Source: Lophium mytilinum (Eukaryota). From it: 64,000 nt of DNA. Shown here piece after piece: positions 13,555-23,661 of this stretch; the first letter of the stretch is position 1, and each line of letters begins with the position of its first letter. The stretch covers positions 876,882-940,881 of the forward strand of contig MU004192.1 in NCBI GenBank assembly GCA_010093605.1. The letters run 5' to 3'. A program made the translations under genes and the position numbers. Under the pieces are notes generated by a model. It was not told the origin of the DNA and ran no database searches. It worked only from the letters and a program-made list of their open reading frames with translations.

Positions 13555-14551
13555 TCAGATCTCGATCCAGCTCGGCAGCTCATTGTCCATGGTGCGAATC
13601 TGGACCTTCATCTTGATGCCTTGGTACCGAGTCCGCAGATACCACTCCAAGGCGTTGCCGTCTGACCCCTCGCTCGTCGCCACGAAGTCCTCCTCGACCC
13701 CACGCTCCACCATCTTCTTGCCCTCGAAAGAGAGCCAATTCTGCTCCTGCACCATATGGACGTCCAGAAGGGGCAGATCCGGGAAGCACTCGACGTGGTA
13801 CTCGATGAGGTCCTTCAGCGTAGGCATGATGTCGAAGTGCAACTTCTCCTTATGGAAGTTCAAGTTCATGCACGCGGTGCACCTGTCCGAGTTCCTACAG
13901 CGCCGAAAGAGTAGGTGGATCTGGCAGTTCTTCAGGACCTTTGCCCACACCGAGGGGACCGGGCCCAGAGGACGGTAGCTACGCAACCTGAACCCGAACT
14001 CTGCAGCGATATTGGCGGTTCCGGTGGGACATGTGGCGCGCATGTTCTTGCGGGTACTCTCCGTCTCCATGCGCACATCCAGTCCTTTGGGCAGTACTGG
14101 TATCATGTTGAGCCGAAGCGTGGCACCCCACGCGAACATCCGGTTGAAGACTTCGTCGCTGAATTGGCGGCCGACGAGGCGTAGTTCGAGAAGCCCGTCT
14201 GTCATGGGGACTGGGAGGGGGCCTTTGGGCTTGAGAAGGTACTGGTGGTCCATGTGCATACGTTCATAGGTAATGAGGTCGTAGACTTTGTTGCGAATTT
14301 CGCCCGGGAACTTCATGAAGTCAATCTGGATGACATTAGGTCGTGTACGGATCAAACGCAACAGGGGGAGTCTTGCCTCCGTGCAACCCAAGCCGCTGAG
14401 ACAGTCGTCGCTAGTCATGATGTGGGAGGCATACGTGGAGCTCTGAATTGCTGTTAGCACGTGAACACTCGGTTCAGGCGGTCAATGTCACCTTTGTCTC
14501 GGCACCCTGGCTGGTATCATCCTCCGTATTGATGACGGGGATGTTGGACAT
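13555..14551 (-). CDS. Uncharacterised fungal protein with an F-box-like motif
   Basis: Exon 1 14551-14492 (MSNIPVINTEDD..ETK), intron 14491-14443, then the long ORF. FMKFPGEIRNKVYDL resembles the fungal 'F..LP.EIR..IY' F-box-like signature. Confidence 0.6.
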
Positions 14552-15170
14552 TTCGAATGATGAGGAGAGTGTTCCTGCGCAAATAGACTTCCGTTGTGCT
14601 AGTTATTGACTACCAGTGGGACCGTAACCGCTTGGCGTGATGGCGGAGGTGACCGCAACGGCAACAGCGATGACGGCAACTACGATGAAGACATTGGTAT
14701 GCTTGGCTAGACGGTTCTGTGATGGAAGGCTCCAAGGTCTGTTGTGAGGTTACGTTTCGGTGGTGGCAGCTGTTGGACGATGAAGGGAGAAGGAAGACGT
14801 CCAGAAAGTTTCAAGTCAGCGGATGGAAAGGGAACCGGGTCCGCTATTTTCCGTGACGGTGAATAGCAGTCAACTCGCATTGAAAGCCCAAAATTGAACT
14901 TCTTTCGGGGGAGCAGAGAGGTCTGCCTCCTGAGATCGCTCGCTTTTCTCTCTCGACACCACCGAAAGGAGTGGCCCAACTAGCCAGGAGTTGGGCAGTC
15001 AAGACGTGGTCTGATTCTCACTGTACCAATCATCATATCATTTAGGGATGCCCCAAAGCTCATAAGGGAATAGATACTTTTCTCGCTAGACACCACTGTG
15101 ATGAGCGCCCTAAATAGCAATTGGCTAGTTAGTCAAGAGCTGGATTGATTTGCACGGCATCAAGCGATGT

Positions 15171-16133
15171 TCACACTGTTCGCCGTCTATCCAAAACAGA
15201 TCTCCAAGTCTCATGGAGGCTATGCTCGGGGAATGAGAGTTGGTGACAGTACGTCGTCCTCAAAGCATCGCCGAGTTGATATTTGGGAGCGTTGAAGTAA
15301 TCCAGCATTCTGCCCATGACGACAGGGTTTGGTGCAGGCGATGCTATGGCCACGGGCGTCGCAACTTCAGCTGCGCTTGAACGGCTGCTCAGAGGTGAGC
15401 TCACAGACGTGTCGCTGCTGTCTTCTTGCAGAGAAGGGAGCGACTCTGTAGGCTCTGGGTCCGTTTGTACGCCTGCGTTGACGTAGGGGAACTTGGGCGC
15501 GGCGTCCTCAGAGCGAGGCTTGACTTCTCTTGATGACTTCATTCGGTCTAATGGTAGAGCCCCAGCCATACAAGAAATTCTCTGTGGTCTTCTCCTCGAG
15601 CTTGAAAAAGTAGGGCTAGAATAACGACTAGGGGCTTCCGTTATTGGGCCGAGGTGGTTGAGACTGGGATCTGAAGTTGGACGGACAAGTGAAAGGGTTG
15701 TCGATCTTCTTAAGAGAGGTCTTCCTGTCTTCTCAACCAGGCTATCGGCCCAAGGTATCTTCTCCCGCAGATCCGTGTCCTTGTTCTCGAGCTTGCCATC
15801 CTTATCTGAGGCAAAGAACTCATCTCCACGGCCGAAGACAATCTGAAGAGTCTGCAGATGACGACTTCCGCCGCCGGGAGGGAAAAGCCATTGGCGTAGC
15901 GATTCTGGGAGTCCGTAGCTGTCTGCGATACGGTCAGTCTGATCCAGACCAAAACGGGCGAGAGGGAATGAATCACCTTGTCGATATCGACCTACTTGGT
16001 TTCTCCAGCAGACGTAATAGCGCTCAAATGCGCCCAACGCGACGACCACGAGCTCTTTCACGCCCTCTGGATCCGCTGGATCAGAGGGCATAGACGCAAG
16101 GCGTTCGTGGAAGCGCGTGGATGTCCTCATCAA
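15171..16133 (-). CDS. Hypothetical protein; start uncertain
   Basis: 320-aa ORF with a probable in-frame intron near 15930-15978 (GTGATT..CTGAC..CAG). Ordered N-terminal segment (LGAFERYYVCW, VFGRGDEFFASD) and an S/P-rich tail. Confidence 0.55.
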   Translation of the reverse strand: MMRTSTRFHERLASMPSDPADPEGVKELVVVALGAFERYYVCWRNQVGRYRQGDSFPLARFGLDQTDRIADSYGLPESLRQWLFPPGGGSRHLQTLQIVFGRGDEFFASDKDGKLENKDTDLREKIPWADSLVEKTGRPLLRRSTTLSLVRPTSDPSLNHLGPITEAPSRYSSPTFSSSRRRPQRISCMAGALPLDRMKSSREVKPRSEDAAPKFPYVNAGVQTDPEPTESLPSLQEDSSDTSVSSPLSSRSSAAEVATPVAIASPAPNPVVMGRMLDYFNAPKYQLGDALRTTYCHQLSFPEHSLHETWRSVLDRRRTV

Positions 16134-17061
16134 ACTAGCACCCGTCAGAACCTATCAAGGGCTATACAGATATGGGACTAGAAAGAATACCTCTTCTTCA
16201 GCTTTATGGACGCAGGTGCGCTCGACGAATGCGCCTGTAAAGTCATCTCCAGCGTTGTTCACTCGCGATGCCAAAGACAGGAAACCTCGCCGACAGCCAA
16301 TTCCATAAGACAGACAAGTAAGAGTTAATCTTCGACTTTCACCGGGTATTGTCAAGGACCTCCGCAAGCTCTTCTGGTCCCTAGCTCCTGCTCTGACGAC
16401 TGTTCCAGCCTGATCACGTAAGCATGCTTCATCCATGGCGGAGTTGAGATCGCATTGAAGCGCTCCTACTCTGCCGCATGAGGCTGCTCAGCTGATAGAT
16501 GCTGAACCGAGTTTCAGGCCTGAAGAACGTGGCAGGCGAGTTTGGTGTCAGATCTCCGGCTTCGTTTGAGATGAGATGGATGGGGTGACCAGAGGGTGGT
16601 GGACGGTGCGTGGAGATAGGCTTTTAGAAGCCGGGATGTAATATAATCGTCTGTGCGGGTCGGAATGTCAAAGACGGGAATTCTGCAACGAGCGGCATCG
16701 CTTGGAACATTAATATGGTTCATGAAAGGTGTTGATTTTGGTGCTCTTTGTACACCACGGCAAATGGCTTGCTCATAGAATGGTAGCTAACAGGATGAAG
16801 ATTAATTATCCAAAACATTAGTAGTAGAAAGTGACCGGGATTCAATTGGTGCATATGAAGTATATTATTATGCTATAACATTCTGTATACAGTACTTCAA
16901 GCTTACCATTGATTGTGGAGATTGTTATGAACCCTCCCAAAGTCAAAATTTGCAACAAGAAGTGAATTTTGCTCGCGCTGCGATCCAAATTTCCAGCGGT
17001 CTGTTTCCCAAGATTATCAAGCCCCGGCGATCCAAAAAGAAGACAACATTCTGGCCGCAGC

Positions 17062-18457
17062 TTAGTCTCCACCGCCAGCGTCGTCTTCCACATAAGGGCT
17101 TCTATAGTCTCCTCGCCCTATACCACTCTGGGAAGTCAGCGGTGACTTCCTTTCCTTCTCAGGCATTCCAATTTCTGGGCTATATGCCTCCGGAATAGGA
17201 GGTAGTGGTGGTAGAGGGGATTTGAGGGAATCGTGGCCCGTTAGACTCGGTTCATCCACAGTCTCGTCACCATAGATAGAGCTAGCAGGAGTATATCCAG
17301 ACATTGATCGACTCGAGTGAAGGTCATCGCCATGAACAGACCAGTCGGAGCCACCGTGAGGATCTGTTGGAGAACCTGTAGTGCCTTCGAATTCGTTGGT
17401 GTAGTTGGCGAGAACCTCGTTTGTCGTGCTTGCTGATTGCGGGTCCAATGCTCTTTCAGATGGTTGTGGAGATTTGACAGCAGGCTGCGGCTCGACCTGA
17501 GCCTCTGGTGCTGCCTCTGTGCCAACTGGTGAGTCTATTCGGCTCTTAGGTGATCCAGAGTCTTCTTTGCTTGTGGAGAGTCTCGACTCGATGTGGTGGA
17601 TTGTGTCCGAGCCAACACCAGGATGCTTCGAAAGGACACTCGGTCCCCCTCCAGGCTTCTCAACTGGCGTTTCTCCTTGGGCGTTCACAGCTCGCTGCAC
17701 CTTTTGATCCTCGTTTCTCGCCACCTTTTCTTTCTGCCACCTCTTTTCCTTCCTCGTGAGTTCTACTTCCAGTACACGGGTGCCCATGGGAAGTTTGGAG
17801 CGAAGGCCATCATCTTCATGGTCGAAGTACAATGCCCAGATGCTTGGGTACTCCTCAACAGCACACCATCCTCTAGACGCGGTTAGTGGATGCGAAACGA
17901 TAATGGGGATGCAGGACGAAAATGGATGCTACGTAACGAAAACGTGACTCACTCCCAGCCATCAAAATTCATACGTCGATCTTGTCGTGTGCAATTGAAC
18001 GGGCCTGTCAGGTTTGGCTGCGCATCTGTACGCACACCGTACTTTACTTCATGGGTTTTCTTGTCCACATAGACCCAGTTCAGCATCGGCGCTACTTCTG
18101 TGATGGTTGTCACGAGCCCCTCATACTCGGAGTCTGGGTATGGAAGGTAATAGCCGGCGAGATGATGCCCGAAAGACTCCCCATTGCTTGTCCCAGTGTC
18201 GATATAAAGCTTTGAAAGGTCAGCCAACGAGATAATAGACAAGGATACGCCTTACAAACCTTTCCGTTGCGGAGTACTATGGGCCTACCGTCTATCTCAC
18301 GACTTCTCAGAGATGATTTCACGCAGGTCGCAATGAGATTGCACCGACGAGCTCGATGCTCTTCCCGCTTCTCCTGCGCTTGGCTTTGGCGAATGGATTC
18401 CTGGGTTCCGAGTAAAGCCGGGGCCAGGAGAACGGCTGTGAGTATTGAAAGAACCAT
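17062..18457 (-). CDS. Uncharacterised fungal protein with a hydrophobic N-terminus (signal or anchor)
   Basis: Three exons splice in phase: MVLSILTAVLLAPALLGTQESIR..RNGK | LYIDTG..GYYLPYPD..LNWVYVDK..GWE | GWCAVEE..WALYFDHEDDGL.., followed by an acidic low-complexity tail. Confidence 0.8.
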
Positions 18458-18990
18458 TGTGCTAGACTGTGGAGAGCAAGATGTGAGATCAGGAGATATA
18501 TCCTACACCAAAATCTATGCAACCTATCTAGCAAAACAATATGAAAGATGAGTAACCCACCAGAGTAGTCGCCGCAGTAACCGCTTCAGTAACCGCCCAA
18601 TTATCGCCAAGCGTACACAAGAAATGCCTCCCACTAGGGTGAATTTTGAGATGGTAGGCATCAGAGACGTGACTGAGCAATAGATCGCCGTTCTAGACAC
18701 TTCATCGACCTATCCGAACCCAACACACAACACCATCCGAATGCAAAAGCATAATACGGTCGGGTTTGCCCTGTGGCAAGTTGAAGAATAGCCTGATTTT
18801 CGGGCGAGAGGGAAATAAGACGCGATTGAAGTGGAGATCAAACATATATTGGCCCCTGGAGCAGGGATTTTGAGTTTCATTGCTGACCCGCATTACCCCA
18901 CAGCCGTAAATCTGCAATGCACGGACAACACACAAGTCACTTTTGCTGCTGCCATCAACCTTGAAGAATCTTCATGCAATTCCATCTTTT

Positions 18991-19040
18991 GGCGTAGATT
19001 GGTGTGGATTGCCGTGGATCGGCGTGGATCGGTGTGGATT
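18991..19040. repeat. Five tandem copies of a 10-bp unit (consensus GGYGTGGATY) in a divergent intergenic region
   Basis: ggcgtagatt ggtgtggatt gccgtggatc ggcgtggatc ggtgtggatt. Confidence 0.85.
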
Positions 19041-19417
19041 TGGCGGGCGCTCCCGCTTGTGCCTCATTGGAAATCGGCAAAATGGTTCGATGTGTGAGGT
19101 ACGAAAACGCCAGTGATGCAGGCCGGGTTTCGAAGTCGTGGGCTACCCAGCCTCATCTTCTCCGGTCGTTCGATTTTTGTGCACCTCAATCGACGTGTGC
19201 TCCCATACTGCATGGACTGTGCGCCTCTGTGCTGTCAAGCATGCCGGCCTACCGAGGAAGAGGCGCGTGCTGGTAGACATATTCGGATATAAAAGAAGGG
19301 AGAATCGCCTGCAAAGGAAGACAGATCAGAACACTCGAGTCCACATTCCAACATCTTCCTTGATCAAATACCCCTCACTATTCCAAGCACCTCATCACCA
19401 GGTTCCCAAGAATCATC

Positions 19418-19807
19418 ATGGCCACCGTGTAAGGATCCAGTGGCAGCCAATGTCCCTCTGTACTGACATCTTCGTAGCGAAGCTACCACTCGATCCAACA
19501 ACAACGCTTATCTGTCTGATAGTGATGATGGCCAAGCATCCGGCGGCCGCCGAGGTGGAACGCTCGCAAGCTTGCCCGTCCCACCAACTTCCTCCAACTT
19601 GAATCAGCCAGCTGGTATGTTTTACTGTTGCTGGAACTAGAGGACTGCTGGCTAACGATAGTACCAGGCTCCCTCCTCAAGGGCGCTGTCGACGACAAGG
19701 GCAACCTCAAGGATGCGGCCCTCCTCTTGGGAATTAAGCTTGATCTGGAAGCTGAGATTCATCTTACCGCACGCATCCGTGGTGATATCACCATTGGGTT
19801 GTACTAG
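19418..19807 (+). CDS. Small (about 95 aa) three-exon protein not shown in the ORF track
   Basis: TATAAAA near 19288. ATG GCC ACC GT|GTAAGG..CTGAC..TAG|, second intron GTATGT..CTAAC..CAG. Spliced product: MATVEATTRSNNNAYLSDSDDGQASGGRRGGTLASLPVPPTSSNLNQPAGSLLKGAVDDKGNLKDAALLLGIKLDLEAEIHLTARIRGDITIGLY*. Confidence 0.85.
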
Positions 19808-20787
19808 TGCTAGTATGAGTAAGTTCTTGCAATGAAGAAATTTTAGAACAGCTTCTAATCTTGACTAGTGTGGTGAAGTTGGGCTTAGGTCTTGGAGTGG
19901 GATAGTATCATAGGGAAGAGACGGTAAATAAATTGGGAAGACTCGGGCTACATGGTTGATTGCTTTTGGAGACTTGGAAATAGTATGCCTTAGATAGGGC
20001 CCGCGGGCCAGACTCGCTACGAATTCAAGTCCCTTTACAGATCTGAAAAATGTCTCATTTGCACTGGTGGTACCGATTAACCTTACTCTAAGTCCGTGGT
20101 TGACATGGCTTTTGTCTGGCACCTAGTTTCAAATTTAGCTCCATATCTAGAAGAAACTAGCAATCGGTTTAATGAGCAGATATCTAGGGGCCCAGGATGA
20201 TACACCGGCGCCTCACATCGATTCTCGAACAACGTGTAAGTGCTACAAGCGATGGCGTGAGTGTACGCCATGTACAGAATCATGATGACGCCCTGTAGTA
20301 GAACTAGCTTACCATACTACGAATGGGCCAATGTCCGCTTCCTTTTTAATTCCGAAGACTTATACAAGAAATTGAGGTGTACTTGTGAGGTAGAGTTGGA
20401 GTTCGAGCGTCTTGAACGATGGACTGACGGAGAGAGGGGGATGAGACGTCAAAAAACACGCAGCCTGTCGGAGGGGTCCGCGCACGGTCCAGGTAGTTCT
20501 GTATTGGGCGTCTTGAGCATAGTAACAACCATGTATAGATGGATATTTACTTGAATATTGCTTCTTGTAGAAGTTGCGCGTACTTATGCATGGTACGTGG
20601 TGAAAGATGTAACGGTACCAGAGTTCTGGATATAAGTGGTGATGTCGATGTTCTCTGCCCAAAAGAAGCCAAGGCCATGTCATACTTCACACCGCGTGTT
20701 CGAGACAGCTGCATTCAGCTTCTCTAATACCTCTCACCCCTCTCCAACTCTCAATTCTTCCATTTTCGAAGCTCAAACCCCTTCTCA

Positions 20788-23141
20788 ATGGCAGCTAGCT
20801 CCGACGAACAGCCTGTGTACTCCTCCGGCGGCCCCACGTCGACCCCGCCAGACCTACGATTCCTCCACTACAACGACGTCTACCACGTTGACGCCTCCTC
20901 TGCTGAGCCTGTCGGGGGCCTTTCGCGCTTCCAGACGGTTGTAAACTACTACCGCAATGATGGACGATTCGAAGGACAACCGGACGTGCTCACATTCTTC
21001 TCGGGAGACGCGTTCAATCCCAGCTTAGAGAGCTCAGTGACCAAAGGTCCGTAAACCTCTCATCTTTCAACTGCCTCAACAGAGTTCTGGAGCAGCTGCG
21101 AAAGGAAAGCGGTGGATATACAGGTCTTGAGCAGTGTTGAACACCAATTTTGACATTTTTCGAGGCAGTCATATGGTTCCCGTTCTGAACGGAATTGGGA
21201 CTGATGTTGCCTGCGTTGGGGTGCGGTTGACTCTTCCTCCCTTAATTTCTACGTCCTATTTTCCCAGAAACAGCGCTGACTCGATCGACGATCCTATAGA
21301 ACCATGATCTTGATTTTGGCGTACGCCAATTCCGCCATCTTACCGGCCAATGCACCTTTCCCTGGCTTCTGGCCAACGTACTGGACCCCGCGCTGGGCCC
21401 CGACACGGCACTCGGCAATGCAAAGAGGACCATCATGATGACGAGCTCGAATGGTATCAAGATCGGAGTAATTGGGCTAGGAGAGCGCGAGTGGCTGGAC
21501 ACGATCAACTCCCTACCCCCGAATCTGATATACAAGTCTGCGACTGAGACGGCGCGGGAACTAGTACCTGGTCTGAGGGCACAAGGCGCAGAGATCGTGG
21601 TTGCCTTGACACATCAGCGGGAGCCAAATGACAACAAGCTCGCGGAATTGACGGGCGAGGACGGCCTGATTGATGTGATTCTTGGAGGACATGATCATTA
21701 CTATAGCCACACTTTGACGAAGGGGACTCATGTGCTTCGCTCTGGAACCGACTTCAAGCAACTGAGTTACATAGAGGCGAGAAAGAAGGCGGACGGCAGC
21801 AACAAGTGGGACTTCGAGATCGTGAGAAGGGATATCGTGAGCAGTATCCCGAGAGATCCCAAGACACTGGAGCTGGTGGATAAATTAACAAGAGCACTGA
21901 AGAGCAAGCTGGAGAAGCCCATTGGATATACAGCAGCCCCTCTTGATGCCCGATTTACCACCGTCCGAACCAAAGAATCGAATCTTGGCAATTTTGTCTG
22001 CGATCTGATGAGGTATTACTACCAAGCAGATTGCTGCATCATGGCGGCCGGGACGATTCGCGGCGATCAGATATACCCACCTGGAGTTTTGAGGCTGAAG
22101 GATCTCATGGATTGTTTTCCCTTCGAGGACCCCGTGGTTGTCATCAAAGTCAAAGGCAAAGCAATCGTCGAGGCGCTGGAAAACGGGGTCGGATCCTACC
22201 CCTCTCTAGAAGGTGTGTTAATACCTGAATATCATATTGTAACTCTGCTGACCATGACTCGTAGGCCGATACCCGCAAATTTCAAATATCGAAATCGAGG
22301 TCGACTACTCTCGAAAGCCAGGCTCACGTGTCCTATCCACGAAGATCGGCGGAGAACCTGCTGATCTAGAAAAGGAATACGTGCTAGCCACTCGCGGTTA
22401 CATGGGTCGTGGCAAAGGTATGCTCTCCAGCATTTCCCAAATACCTCATCACTGTCCTCACAATACCTTCTGTTGCACTACCCCTGAATCTTGAATTTCT
22501 CACTAACCCTCACCCTCACAGACGGCTACACCTCCCTCCTCATCGAAGAAGAAGGCGGCTCCGCCATCGAGCTGGTCTCGGAAGAAAACGGCGTCCTCAT
22601 CTCCACCATCCTGCGCCAATACTTCATGTCGCTCAAAGTGCTCGGCCGCTGGACCATGTGGGGCCCCAGCATCTCACGCCAATGGGACGCCGTGCACCAA
22701 GGTGTGCAGAAATCCCATCCCGTCCACGACCCCATCCCCCCAGGTAGCCGCGTCGTCGACATCCTCCAGCGCAAAGCAAAGTCCGCCAGCGGCCGCACTA
22801 CTCCCGGCGGCCGCCACCCCGAGGGCGCCGAAACCCCGCTGAACGAGTCCGACAGCGAGTTCGAGAAGGACGATGATGATCATACGGCGCATTCGGAGGA
22901 TCCGCACACTACGACGACCACGAGTTTGCGCACGGCGCCGACGACGCTGGTTAGTAAGCGCCAGCGGGAACAGACGCTGGCGAGGAAGGTGATGCGGAAG
23001 TGGTGGCGGTTGGCGAAGATACCTGGGAGTCCCAGTGTGGCGGATGAGCTGGGCGAGGGGGAGTTTACGATCAATTGGACGAAGGCGATTGCGCCGAGGC
23101 TGGAGGGGCGAATTAGGGAGGTGAAGGCTGCAGCGGCGTAG
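20788..23141 (+). CDS. 5'-nucleotidase / calcineurin-like metallophosphoesterase with a 5'-NT C-terminal domain
   Basis: Metal-binding motifs HYNDVYH, SGDAF, GNHD (across a splice), LTH and GGHDH, plus ESNLGNFVCD, GTIRGD and FPFED. About four introns. No signal peptide. Confidence 0.92.
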
Positions 23142-23661
23142 ATGGTTATAGAACGAGTTGAATGGGAGGATTGTGCCCTTGGGCTTAGATTCGAGAAGGC
23201 GCTGAAAGATATTGCATATGTGATGGCGGTGTGTACAGTGTCCCGTGAACGTGTAACGTTTACACGTGATGTGAAGAAGCTAAGGGGCGTAGATTGGGTT
23301 AGATTTCACTAGCCTCGAGGGTCTGCTATCGAGGGAAAAGTGCGATGGGGTTTCTGTAAAGAACCAGGTAGACTTCCTAGCACTATTTCCACTACGATCT
23401 ATATGAAAGCTGAATGTTATAGTATGTTATTTTACCAACCCATGACTCCAATACTTCCTTTTCCAACCAACCTGCGTAACCACCTGACCAACTAAGTGAA
23501 TGCGCAATCATTCAACCCGTGCTCTTTCCAACCATACCAACCTCAATCTCTCAACCAGCATAAACCAATTCGTCCAACCCATTCCGTTCCCAACCTCCCT
23601 CACTACCCAATCTCTCCAACAGCATACACAAACCCATCCAAGCTCAAGCGAACCCAACCCC

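Noticed and set aside
18991..19040. CRISPR-like interpretation of short repeats
   Set aside because: Eukaryotic DNA; the repeats are tandem without spacers and no cas genes are present.
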